A stretch of DNA of 64,000 nt from contig JAVZNT010000003.1 in the NCBI GenBank assembly GCA_038882655.1, forward strand, positions 29,388-93,387, read 5' to 3'. Numbering within the stretch: position 1 is the stretch's first letter; every line of letters begins with the position of its first letter. This DNA comes from Candidatus Bathyarchaeia archaeon (GTDB lineage Archaea > Thermoproteota > Bathyarchaeia > Bathyarchaeales > Bathycorpusculaceae). The notes below the pieces were generated by a model that was not told where the DNA came from, made no database searches, and was given only the letters and a program-made list of their open reading frames with translations. Below are positions 9,724 to 19,010 of the stretch, piece by piece. The translations under genes and the position numbers were made by a program.

Positions 9724-11042
9724 AAAACTTGATAACTGAAATTTTAGAGGTCTTGCTTTTTCTGTCGACGATCTTGATGGCGGCTTATCTTGTTCGCCAT
9801 TACATCTTCACCATAACGGTTGCCAAGAAATCAAAAATAAATGGGAGGAGCCTTGTTGCAGCCGAAACCGCGGTCTTATCTTACCAACCAAAAGTGTCAA
9901 TTTTGATACCTGCTCACAACGAAGAACTTGTCATTGGGCGGCTTCTCCAAAGAATGACGGAGCTGACATATCCAAAGGACAAGTTGCAAGTAGTAGTGAT
10001 AGATGATGCCTCGACGGATAAAACTGGAATTATAGCAGAACAGTATTCGAGGCATCACCCCTACATATTTGTTGTGAGAAGACATAGAGAGGAAGGTGGG
10101 CGTGGAAAGGCTTCCGCCCTAAACGCCGGAATGAAGTGGGCTAATGGCGAGATAATTCTGTGTTTTGACGCTGACTATTACCCGCAAAGAGACATTATAG
10201 AAAAACTTGTGAAAGAGTTTAAAGACCCAAAAGTGGGAGCAGTTCAAGGAAGGGTTGTTGTGCTAAACGAACCGCAAAACATCGTCACAAGGCTTGTTGC
10301 CCTTGAAAGGATAGGCGGATACCGCGTTGATCAAGAAGCCCGCGACAGCCTCGGCTTGATAACGCAGTTCGGCGGGACTGTTGGAGGATTTAGGCGTACC
10401 CTTTTAGAATCTCTTGGCGGATGGGACGAAAATATTCTAGCGGAGGACACTGATTTGACTTTCCGCGTTTATCTCGCTGGTTATAAGGTTAAGTATGTTA
10501 GTGATGCAGAGTGCTATGAAGAGGCTGTTGAAAATTGGCGAGCCTATTGGAGGCAGCGATACAGATGGGCTAAAGGACATATGCAATGTGCCTTCAAGCA
10601 TTTGCTAAAAGTTCTGAAAAGCAAAAAGCTTGGACTTAAAGAGAAAATTGATGGCTTATTCTTGCTCGGTGTCTATTTTCTCCCCATTATTGTCCTTTTC
10701 TCATGGATAATTGGGGTGTCGCTAATGTTTCTGAAATTTTCGCGGCATTTCTCTCCATTTTGGGCAACATCCTCCATTGCCCTCTACAGTTCCATCGGAA
10801 ACTTCGCTCCATTTTATGAGATTGGAGTTGGCGCCTTTCTTGATGGCAGAAAGAGGGCACAGTGGCTTATCCCCCTACTTCTCTTCACCCTCTTTTACAA
10901 TATCCCTATATGCACTAAAGCTCTTCTCGACATTTTTATTTCAAAAATTACAAGGAAAAACAATAACCATTGGGTTAAAACCGAACATTCAGGCAATGGA
11001 AACTGTTATATTATAAACTGCGCTAAAACCTTAGAAAGGTAG
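9720..11042 (+). CDS. Processive GT2 glycosyltransferase (cellulose synthase/PgaC-like)
   Basis: IPAHNEE, DDASTD, GKASALN, FDAD, AEDTD, QRYRW; N- and C-terminal TM helices. Confidence 0.92.
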   Translation: MKNLITEILEVLLFLSTILMAAYLVRHYIFTITVAKKSKINGRSLVAAETAVLSYQPKVSILIPAHNEELVIGRLLQRMTELTYPKDKLQVVVIDDASTDKTGIIAEQYSRHHPYIFVVRRHREEGGRGKASALNAGMKWANGEIILCFDADYYPQRDIIEKLVKEFKDPKVGAVQGRVVVLNEPQNIVTRLVALERIGGYRVDQEARDSLGLITQFGGTVGGFRRTLLESLGGWDENILAEDTDLTFRVYLAGYKVKYVSDAECYEEAVENWRAYWRQRYRWAKGHMQCAFKHLLKVLKSKKLGLKEKIDGLFLLGVYFLPIIVLFSWIIGVSLMFLKFSRHFSPFWATSSIALYSSIGNFAPFYEIGVGAFLDGRKRAQWLIPLLLFTLFYNIPICTKALLDIFISKITRKNNNHWVKTEHSGNGNCYIINCAKTLER

Positions 11043-11045
11043 AGA

Positions 11046-11297
11046 ATGGTTCCAGCTTCAGCTTTAACGTCAGTTATAATGTTGTTTTTTGGAGTTATGG
11101 CCTTCATTATTATTATGCTTTTACCAGCAATTATGGAGCTGAAAAAACCAAAGGATGCAGGTCCAAAAATATTGGAAAGCGGCGAGCAACATGGAATTAA
11201 TCTGTTGGTTAACATGGAAAGCGACGTCAAATTTGATTGGACCACCATAAGGCGAGTTGCAGAGATAATTGCAATCCTTCCAAACTTGGAGCCCTAA
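11046..11297 (+). CDS. Small single-TM hypothetical protein
   Basis: N-terminal hydrophobic helix then LPAIMELKKPKDAGP; starts 3 bp after the GT2 stop. Confidence 0.65.
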   Translation: MVPASALTSVIMLFFGVMAFIIIMLLPAIMELKKPKDAGPKILESGEQHGINLLVNMESDVKFDWTTIRRVAEIIAILPNLEP

Positions 11298-11372
11298 CCC
11301 CAAAATTCAGAAAGCCTCATAGACGAGACTGTTAAATTCAATAGTTAGGAAAAGGGAGGACGGGGCCACATA

Positions 11373-12776
11373 ATGTTCTATATAGAATGCACAGTGTGCG
11401 GTGCAAAGTTTGAAGCCTATCCACCACAATACAGCTGCAAGAAATGTAGCGGCCTCCTAGAATACAGATGTGATAATGAAACGCTTAAAACCGGAACATT
11501 TGTCGGGCCTTTCACTTTTTGGCGTTACAGGAAGCTTCTGCCAAAGGTCAGAAATGTTGTCTCCATGGGGGAAGGAGGAACCCCACTTATCAAGGCGAGA
11601 AGACTTGCCAAAGGTATTGGGTTAAACAATTTATACTTTAAGGATGAGACGCGAAACCCAACGAATTCTTTTAGGGATAGATGCGCTGCCCTAATTGTTT
11701 CCAACGCTGTTGATTTGAAGTATAAGTCGGTTGCTTGCGCTACAAATGGAAACCTTGGGGCCTCCTTAGCTGCATACTGTGCAAAGTCTGGATTAACATG
11801 CCATGTTGTGGTGCCGAGAAACGTGGATATGGGAAAACTTGCCCAAATGCTGATCTATGACGCCGTAATTGAAGAGTATGGGGAAATAGTGGATGATTCA
11901 CTGAAAAGGGCAGATGAGCTAGCCAAAGAAATGGGCTGGTATCAAGGGTCTGCAGAGTTTAATCCGCTATCAATAGAAGCCCTAAAAACCATTGCCTACG
12001 AAGTTTACGAGCAAATTGGCGTCCCAGACTGGTTGATTGCTTCTATGGGAAGTGGTGGGACGTTATATGCTATTTGGAAAGGGTTTAAGGAGCTTGAAAT
12101 AAGAGGCGAAGTAAAATCCATCCCAAAGATGGTTGGCGTTCAAGCTGAAGGCTGTTCACCAATTGTAAACGCGTATATGCAAAATATTCATGAGCTAACT
12201 CTCAAAACTAAACCTTCAACTCACGCTCTTGCCATCCTCGTTAAAAGGCCGTGGTATGGTAAATTAGCCATCAAAGCAATCAAAGAATCTATAGGAATGG
12301 CTATATCAGTTTCAGACGAAGAAATTTTCTCTGCGGAACAGGAAATTGCAAAACTTGAGGGTGTCTTCGCTGAACCAGCAAGCGCAGCAACATACGGGGC
12401 ACTTAAGAAACTTGTAAACCAACATGTAATTGGCAAAAAGGACAAGATTGTATGCTTGATAACTGGAAGCGGACTTAAAGCAACAGACATCCTCCAAATT
12501 TTAACTAAGAGAAAGAAAACGGCTATTGTTGGATTAGAGCTTAGTACAAAAGAGAAAATATTGAGGATCCTATGTGAAAATGATGCTTACGGCTATGAAT
12601 TATGGAAAAAACTCGGAAAAGTGATGACGAGGGCAGCAATTTACCAACATTTAAGCGAATTATCAAAAAACGGGTTGGTCTCAAGTTATGAGAAAGATGG
12701 GCGAAAATATTTCAAAATAACAAAACGTGGAATTAAAGCTATTCATGCATTCGAGGATCTAAAACTTTTGTTATAG
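11373..12776 (+). CDS. Threonine-synthase-like (fold-type II PLP) protein lacking the Schiff-base lysine, fused to a C-terminal PadR-like winged helix; putative regulator
   Basis: N-terminal CxxC..CxxC, SMGEGGTPL, NPTNSFRDR (K to R), GSGG loop, EPASAA, ITGSGLK; C-terminal YGYELWKKL...IYQHLSELSKNGLV...GRKYFKIT. Confidence 0.88.
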   Translation: MFYIECTVCGAKFEAYPPQYSCKKCSGLLEYRCDNETLKTGTFVGPFTFWRYRKLLPKVRNVVSMGEGGTPLIKARRLAKGIGLNNLYFKDETRNPTNSFRDRCAALIVSNAVDLKYKSVACATNGNLGASLAAYCAKSGLTCHVVVPRNVDMGKLAQMLIYDAVIEEYGEIVDDSLKRADELAKEMGWYQGSAEFNPLSIEALKTIAYEVYEQIGVPDWLIASMGSGGTLYAIWKGFKELEIRGEVKSIPKMVGVQAEGCSPIVNAYMQNIHELTLKTKPSTHALAILVKRPWYGKLAIKAIKESIGMAISVSDEEIFSAEQEIAKLEGVFAEPASAATYGALKKLVNQHVIGKKDKIVCLITGSGLKATDILQILTKRKKTAIVGLELSTKEKILRILCENDAYGYELWKKLGKVMTRAAIYQHLSELSKNGLVSSYEKDGRKYFKITKRGIKAIHAFEDLKLLL

Positions 12777-12801
12777 TTTCCTATTTCATAAAGGGCATAA
12801 A

Positions 12802-12828
12802 TTTAAAATAGTATAGCTACAGCTATAC
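12802..12828 (+). promoter_or_regulatory. TATA-like box (TTTAAAAT) followed by perfect palindrome GTATAGCT-AC-AGCTATAC, a candidate repressor operator
   Basis: 8-bp perfect inverted repeat at 12811-12828, ending 19 bp before the ECF S-component ATG. Confidence 0.7.
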
Positions 12829-12847
12829 CATTACACGAGGCTTTAAA

Positions 12848-13597
12848 ATGTCATTAAAGTCTGCGAACTTAACAAGGCAGCTAAGCATCACGGCTGTTTT
12901 CACAGCTCTTGTTTGCATAGCAACAATAAGCTTCACTGTTTATGTGCCAAGCACAAAAGGCTATTTTAACATAGGGGAAACAATGGTTTACACTGCAGCC
13001 TTACTTTTCGGGCCTTTTGTAGGAGCTTTTGCTGGTGGTGTTGGTTCTATGCTCGCGGATGTTTTCTTAGGTTATTACTATTATGCACCAGCAACTTTAG
13101 TAATTAAAGCCTCGGAAGGTCTCCTTGTTGGTTTTATCAGTCGGAAAGGGCAAGTTTTTGCTAGGTCCTATGTCAAGCGTGAGTGGAGAATATTTACAAT
13201 TGAAATAGGCATACTCGTAGGGATGCTCATCAGTCTTATTGGTTTCCTTTACTATAGCGGGCTTGTCGAACTCTATTCAGGCATAGTTTCCATAGAAAAC
13301 CCAGCATCAACAGTTTTCGTCCCTGTTGAGTTTTGGTTTGGAATAGGGATTCTTACAGTCATTCTAGTAACAGTTTTAGCCTTAACATCTGAACCAGATT
13401 TCAGTTTAACAATGATTGCATGCATCTTTGGAGGGTTGCTAATGGTTTTCGGATACTTCCTCTACGAACAGCTTTTCCTTGGGGTGTTTGCTTTCGCAGA
13501 AGTTCCCATAAACATTGGACAAATGACAGTAGGCCTAATTATTGCAGCACCCATTGTGCGAATCGCGAAGCAAACCTTGCCACAACTTAAAAGCTAA
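12848..13597 (+). CDS. ECF transporter S-component (HmpT/PdxU2-like) with an internal two-TM insertion
   Basis: TALVCIAT..., GYFNIGE.MVY.AALLFGP..GA.AGGVGS.LAD...GY..YAP.TLVIK..EG, E.P.NIGQ. Confidence 0.85.
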   Translation: MSLKSANLTRQLSITAVFTALVCIATISFTVYVPSTKGYFNIGETMVYTAALLFGPFVGAFAGGVGSMLADVFLGYYYYAPATLVIKASEGLLVGFISRKGQVFARSYVKREWRIFTIEIGILVGMLISLIGFLYYSGLVELYSGIVSIENPASTVFVPVEFWFGIGILTVILVTVLALTSEPDFSLTMIACIFGGLLMVFGYFLYEQLFLGVFAFAEVPINIGQMTVGLIIAAPIVRIAKQTLPQLKS

Positions 13598-13628
13598 CCT
13601 ATTAAAATATTTGCTTGAGGCATTGAAA

Positions 13629-14654
13629 TTGAAACTGCCATTTGGAAAAGTTCCCATTGAAATACTAAAAGAGGTTATCTTTAAAAATCTTGGATTCAAA
13701 CGCAGAGAGGTTATCCTTGGACCATCAGCTGGCTACGATGGCGCGGTTATAGATTTGGGCGAGGAATCTCTGGTGGCTTCAATGGACCCCATTACCGGTG
13801 CTATTGAGCGTATCGGCTGGCTTGCAGTAAATATCAATGCAAATGACATCGCCACTTTTGGTGTAGAGCCAGCTTTTTTCCTTTCATGCATATTGCTTCC
13901 AGAAGACACAGACCGAAAAACAATTGAAGTTATATGCCTTCAAATGAATGATGCTGCAAACGATTTAAAAATGGCTATTATTGGGGGGCACTGTGAAGTA
14001 ACGCCCGGGCTCGCTAATCCTGTCGTTATAGGATGCGCTTTGGGAATAACAGAAAAGGGGCGTTATGTCACAGCCGGTGGAGCTAAGCCTGGGAACAAAC
14101 TTATTTTAACAAAAAGTGCTGGCATAGAAGGAACAGCCATACTGGCAACTGAACGCTATGATTTGCTCCTAAGGTTAGGCGCCGACGGTAAGCTGTTAAA
14201 GTCTGCGCAGAAGTTTTTTGACAAAATAAGCGTCGTCAAAGATGGCTTAACAGCATTCAAAACCGGCGGAGTTAAGGCAATGCATGACCCCACAGAAGGC
14301 GGCGTTCTAGGGGGCATCCATGAGATGGCAGATGCCTCAAACCTCGGCGTTAAAGTCTTTGAAGAGGAAATTCCAGTGGCAAAAGAAACGGCGGAAATTT
14401 GCAGGCTTTTAGGGATAGACCCATTGCAGCTGATAAGTTCTGGAGCTATGCTTATTGCAGCAAAACAGGAATACATGGAACTTATCATCGAGAAATTAAG
14501 GAAGGAGAAGATTGAAGCGTCCGTAATTGGCGAGTTTTTGAGCGATTCGAAAAAACGGGTAATGGTTCGCCAAGATAAACGTGAAACAAACCTTCTGCGT
14601 CCGGGATGCGACCACTTATGGTTGGCATTAACAAGTCAAAAAGGAGTAAAGTAA
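13629..14654 (+). CDS. AIR-synthase (PurM/ThiL/HypE/SelD fold) family ATP-dependent enzyme
   Basis: GKVP, G.DGAV, DPITG, NANDIA, IIGGHCE, MHDPTEGG..G..HE; TTG start at 13623/13629. Confidence 0.88.
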   Translation: MKLPFGKVPIEILKEVIFKNLGFKRREVILGPSAGYDGAVIDLGEESLVASMDPITGAIERIGWLAVNINANDIATFGVEPAFFLSCILLPEDTDRKTIEVICLQMNDAANDLKMAIIGGHCEVTPGLANPVVIGCALGITEKGRYVTAGGAKPGNKLILTKSAGIEGTAILATERYDLLLRLGADGKLLKSAQKFFDKISVVKDGLTAFKTGGVKAMHDPTEGGVLGGIHEMADASNLGVKVFEEEIPVAKETAEICRLLGIDPLQLISSGAMLIAAKQEYMELIIEKLRKEKIEASVIGEFLSDSKKRVMVRQDKRETNLLRPGCDHLWLALTSQKGVK

Positions 14655-14693
14655 ATATGCCTATACCTTTTGAAATATGAATTTCGCTGAAGG

Positions 14694-15674
14694 ATGAAAA
14701 TGTTTCAAAACCTAAATATGGAAAGAGTTTTTATAACCGGGGGCGCCGGTTTCATTGGAAGTCACCTAGTTGACAGACTATGCGAAATGGGCGAAGACGT
14801 TATTGTATTTGACAACTTAAGCTCTGGCACCGTTGAAAATGTCAAAAAATGGTTGAACATGCCTAACTTTAAATTTATACGTGGTGATTTACTATCTCTG
14901 AAAGAGATTATTAAATCCATAGAAGGATGCGACACCGTTTTTCATCTCGCTGCCAACCCAGAAGTTCGTGTTGGTTCGGAAAACCCTAAAATCCATTATG
15001 AACAAAACGTGCTTGCAACGTTTAATCTGCTTGAAGTAATCCGCAAAGTTGGGCGTGTCAAAACCCTAATTTTCACTTCTTCTTCAACGGTTTATGGAGA
15101 TGCAATAGCAATACCAACTCCAGAGGATTATGCCCCACTAAAGCCCATCTCAGCTTACGGCGCTTCTAAGCTAGCTGCTGAAGCCCTCATATCAGCATAC
15201 GCCAACACATACGGCTTTCAAGCCATAATATATAGACTGGCAAACATTGTAGGCCAGAGGTCGCAGCATGGAGTCATACATGATTTCATAAAAAAACTCA
15301 AAGAAAATCCGAAAAAGCTTGAGATACTTGGCGATGGCACTCAAACCAAATCCTATTTACATGTTGAAGACTGTATAGACGCCATTCTGACAGGCTTATA
15401 TAAGAGCAATGAAAGGGTAGGCATATTCAATGTGGGATCTGAGGACCAAGTAGTCGTAGAGGAGATAGCAGACATTGTTTGCGCAAAGATGGGGTTAAAA
15501 AGTGTGCAATATGTTTTTACAGGCGGTGTCGATGGGGGGAGAGGCTGGAAAGGCGACGTAAGGGTCATGCTTTTAAACATTGAAAAACTTAAAAAATTAG
15601 GGTGGAAGCCAAAACTGAAAAGCCGTCAAGCAGTTGAGAGAGCGGTTTCAGAAATATTGCATGCTACACGTTAG
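14694..15674 (+). CDS. NAD-dependent epimerase/dehydratase (UDP-glucose 4-epimerase-like)
   Basis: TGGAGFIGSH, FHLAANP, SSSTVYG, YGASK. Confidence 0.92.
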   Translation: MKMFQNLNMERVFITGGAGFIGSHLVDRLCEMGEDVIVFDNLSSGTVENVKKWLNMPNFKFIRGDLLSLKEIIKSIEGCDTVFHLAANPEVRVGSENPKIHYEQNVLATFNLLEVIRKVGRVKTLIFTSSSTVYGDAIAIPTPEDYAPLKPISAYGASKLAAEALISAYANTYGFQAIIYRLANIVGQRSQHGVIHDFIKKLKENPKKLEILGDGTQTKSYLHVEDCIDAILTGLYKSNERVGIFNVGSEDQVVVEEIADIVCAKMGLKSVQYVFTGGVDGGRGWKGDVRVMLLNIEKLKKLGWKPKLKSRQAVERAVSEILHATR

Positions 15675-16705
15675 TGTCTTTTTAAAAAGAATCTCACGCT
15701 TCGCCACTTGTCCTTAACTATTTCAATGTTGCCAGCAACGCTTCCATGAATCGAGTAAAAAATGTAACAAAGATATGCGCATCTTTCACACTCACTATAT
15801 TTTTTTCTAAGGACTTCAAATCTTTCGCTTTCCCAAAGACTGGGCAATTCGAAAATTGAAGCAACCGGTTCGTGAAGATGGCAGCCGGCAACTTCACCTC
15901 GATGATTTATTACAAAAAAATTCCGCAGCGCACCACATTTCCAGATTCTCTCATTACTCAGATAAAGGTGCTTAACAGCCTCCAAAACTTTTGTTGTAAT
16001 CAAAATATTGTCATTCTCTCGCTTCATTTCAAGAAGTGAGTCGCAAACCTTAACCATGGCGTCTCTATCCCTTATTAAGAAAGCATCTTCCGCTTTTCCT
16101 ATCTTAAAAAGTGAGTTTGAATGGTCGGGCGCGTCATAGGAATATAGGGAATACCAGACCGGTATTCCTTTGTCTAAGAAATATTTAGTGAAATCAACAA
16201 TCTCGTAAAGATTTGCTTGCGAAATAGTAGGCGTCACGCTTACATTAATTCCTTCCATGTGAAGTCTTTCAACAGCTTCCATAGCTTTTTTCCACGCCCC
16301 CTTAACCCCCCTTATGCGGTCGTTTTTATCCGGGTTTAGGCTGTCTATTGAAATCGCAACAAAATTTGTGTGTCTTAACGCGCCAATGTTTTTAACCGCC
16401 AAGCTACCATTATCATAAACTGTTACAAGGAAGTAACGTGACGCATACTCAATTATTTCGTCGATGTCGGCCCTCAAGAGTGGGTTACCACCAGATATCA
16501 AAACCTCCACAACGCCAAGTTTTCGAAGGATATCCAACCCGCGTTTGACCTTTTCAGTTGATAATTCCTTGTTGTCCTGCTCCCGCCAGACATTACACCC
16601 TCTACAACGGTAATTACATTTTCTCGTAACCATCCATTGCACATGATAAGGCCTATTAGGCGCCAAAACCCGCGAAACAATGCTCAAGGCTTTTCTAATG
16701 GACAT
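15671..16705 (-). CDS. Radical SAM protein with C-terminal SPASM/twitch-like cysteines
   Basis: CNYRCRGC, SGGNPLLR, C-terminal C...G.V..C...CxxCxxxC. Confidence 0.9.
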   Translation of the reverse strand: MSIRKALSIVSRVLAPNRPYHVQWMVTRKCNYRCRGCNVWREQDNKELSTEKVKRGLDILRKLGVVEVLISGGNPLLRADIDEIIEYASRYFLVTVYDNGSLAVKNIGALRHTNFVAISIDSLNPDKNDRIRGVKGAWKKAMEAVERLHMEGINVSVTPTISQANLYEIVDFTKYFLDKGIPVWYSLYSYDAPDHSNSLFKIGKAEDAFLIRDRDAMVKVCDSLLEMKRENDNILITTKVLEAVKHLYLSNERIWKCGALRNFFVINHRGEVAGCHLHEPVASIFELPSLWESERFEVLRKKYSECERCAYLCYIFYSIHGSVAGNIEIVKDKWRSVRFFLKRH

Positions 16706-16919
16706 TCACCGGCACCATTTCAAACGATTCTCGGTTTTAATGCCCAGTACATCTTTTTAAAGATATAAACTGTACTTTTATGAATAACTTATTTTAGACT
16801 TTACTTTAGTATTTAGTGGTTGTTAAGACCCTGCGAACTTCGTGAATGTGAAGTCGGATTACTTATGCCACGTTGAAGGTTAAAATCATCAGCTTATACA
16901 AAAATTAAAGCTCAAAACG

Positions 16920-18050
16920 TTAAGGCAGCGACTTTTTAAATAGTTGATATATTCCTCCCAAGAGGAATGCCAAGGCTCTTGCGATATCTATTATTGGATA
17001 AAGGATTATTCTTCGGTATTTTTTATCTCTTCTCTTGATGGTCTGATAGCCATAAAAAGCCATAAGCCCAAAAAGTGGAAGCACAAGCGTGACTAGGAGA
17101 ATTATTTGAGATGTGAAATAACCAGTTAATAGAATGTGTATTACTAATGCCAAGACTGTTAAACTCCATGTGAGAAAGCTAAGTACGCAGACCAGAAGCC
17201 ATTTTGAAAATACGCTCTTAATTCCGAATTTTTTCAACATTAAACCTAAACCTCTTCCATAATTGAAATTTTGCTTCAAAAGCCCCCTTAACGTTGGTCT
17301 ATGCTTATGCATCACTAAAACCTCCGGGTCCAAAACCATCTTGTATCCTTCTCTACAGATTCTTTCCACAAGTTCAACTTCGTCAAAACCATACTTAATG
17401 TCTTCATCAAACAATCCAACTTTGTTCAAGACATCACGCTTCAGTCCCATGTTGCAGCCGGCCGGATATTTTTGTGGAGGCTTAATGGAGTCTAATGTTT
17501 CTCTTCTTCTAAAAATTCTCATAACCGGGATGAAACTTTCATCAGAATATTTGGATAAAAAATTATCATAATACCTGAGAACATTTCCCCCAACGCATCC
17601 GACATGCAAATCTCGAAGGTTGTCGACCATTTTATTTAGCCAGTTCTTTGGTACAATACAATCAGCATCCGTGAAGGCAAGAATTTCTCCAGTACTATTT
17701 TTTATGCCGGTATTTCTTGCTGCATTTAATCCCGGGCGTTCCTCTAATATGAGTTTAACTGGATACTGTAAAACTATTTCCCTAGTATTATCTGTGGAAT
17801 TTCCATCTACCACAATAATTTCCAGACAATTCTTTTCGTAGTTGATTTGCATGAGAGAATCCAAAAGCTCTCTTATATGTGCGGCTCCATTTTTAACAGG
17901 AACGATCAATGTAACTTTTGGGTAATATTTACTCTCTTCACGCAATGGTTGCGCCTTCATTAAATTGGTTTCCTTCTGCAGAATTGTTTTTAAATTTACC
18001 GCGTGCTTGAACAACTGTTCATTTTGAATTTTGCCAGAACTGTTAAACAT
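16920..18050 (-). CDS. GT2 glycosyltransferase with C-terminal TM helices (start probably near 17960)
   Basis: VPVKN, VDGNSTD, AARNTG, FTDAD, GCNM, DEVEL. Confidence 0.9.
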   Translation of the reverse strand: MFNSSGKIQNEQLFKHAVNLKTILQKETNLMKAQPLREESKYYPKVTLIVPVKNGAAHIRELLDSLMQINYEKNCLEIIVVDGNSTDNTREIVLQYPVKLILEERPGLNAARNTGIKNSTGEILAFTDADCIVPKNWLNKMVDNLRDLHVGCVGGNVLRYYDNFLSKYSDESFIPVMRIFRRRETLDSIKPPQKYPAGCNMGLKRDVLNKVGLFDEDIKYGFDEVELVERICREGYKMVLDPEVLVMHKHRPTLRGLLKQNFNYGRGLGLMLKKFGIKSVFSKWLLVCVLSFLTWSLTVLALVIHILLTGYFTSQIILLVTLVLPLFGLMAFYGYQTIKRRDKKYRRIILYPIIDIARALAFLLGGIYQLFKKSLP

Positions 18051-18162
18051 ATGCTTTTGCTAACCTTTTAGCCCGCTAATAGTGCTATACGTTTTGTTAA
18101 AAGTCTACCTCAAAAGATAAAAGTTAGCATAAGCTGAAGTGCAGATTTTATCTAGACTCCAG

Positions 18163-18873
18163 TCATGGGTAATCTCTTGAATAGCTAGAGAGAAGTGCTT
18201 TTCTGGTTAATATGTAATAGGAGCCAACAACAAGCCATACGAGAGAAAGTTTAAGGTAGCCATTTTTTTCAAATCTCCTCATTGAAACATAACCCTTCGC
18301 GTTGCGAACAAACTTGATTTTTCCATAATCCCTTAGTTTCAGGGACATGTCCACATCCTCACAGCATGCGTTTTTCTCGGTGAAACCTTCAACTTTTTCG
18401 AAAGCAGCCCTTTTAATTGCTACGGCTGTTCCCAGTTTTCCGAAACAAGGAGTTTTAGCGTTTCTAAGGATTAGATTTGATAACTCTTCTTTGCTGTATG
18501 CCAACCAAGCTTTTAACGCTCTTTCTTTAGGTAACAGGTCCCCATATGTAGCAATAACTGTTCCATCGCGCAGGTATGGCAAGACGGTGCTAATCCAGTT
18601 TGGAGAGAGAGTTATATCTGCATCCACAAAGAGAAATACGTCTCCTCGAGCCTCTCTTGCTCCAAGATTTCTTCCCACCGGGATTATGCAGTCTTGAACT
18701 ATTATTCGGTCAGCATATTGCTTCGCAATATCAACAGTCTTATCTTTCGAATTTGAATCAACTACAATTATCTCCTTATTGGCATATGTTTGATTCTTTA
18801 AAGATCTTAAACAGTCTCCAACGTAATCTTCTTCGTTACGAGTTGTCACTATTATCGAGACAAGCTCTAACAT
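18163..18873 (-). CDS. GT2 glycosyltransferase
   Basis: VSIIV.TRNEE, VVDSNSKD, RNLGA, FVDAD, EDVD, SMRRFEK. Confidence 0.9.
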   Translation of the reverse strand: MLELVSIIVTTRNEEDYVGDCLRSLKNQTYANKEIIVVDSNSKDKTVDIAKQYADRIIVQDCIIPVGRNLGAREARGDVFLFVDADITLSPNWISTVLPYLRDGTVIATYGDLLPKERALKAWLAYSKEELSNLILRNAKTPCFGKLGTAVAIKRAAFEKVEGFTEKNACCEDVDMSLKLRDYGKIKFVRNAKGYVSMRRFEKNGYLKLSLVWLVVGSYYILTRKALLSSYSRDYP

Positions 18874-19010
18874 TCTGTTTTCATTTTGCTTGCTCGGATA
18901 ATTAAGAATTTTTATGAGCAACTTAAAAACTTGTTTCTATTTTGGGCAAAATCTGTGGGAAAACCTAAATGCATGTTCGTCTTGATTATCGAGTTGTCAG
19001 GTTGGTTGTC

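Noticed and set aside
11373-12776. Calling the gene a functional thrC
   Set aside because: The Schiff-base lysine is missing and a DNA-binding domain is fused
13629-14654. Calling the AIRS-family gene hypE, thiL or selD
   Set aside because: It lacks the C-terminal PRIC of HypE and the N-terminal Cys/Sec motif of SelD, and is not clearly ThiL; left at family level
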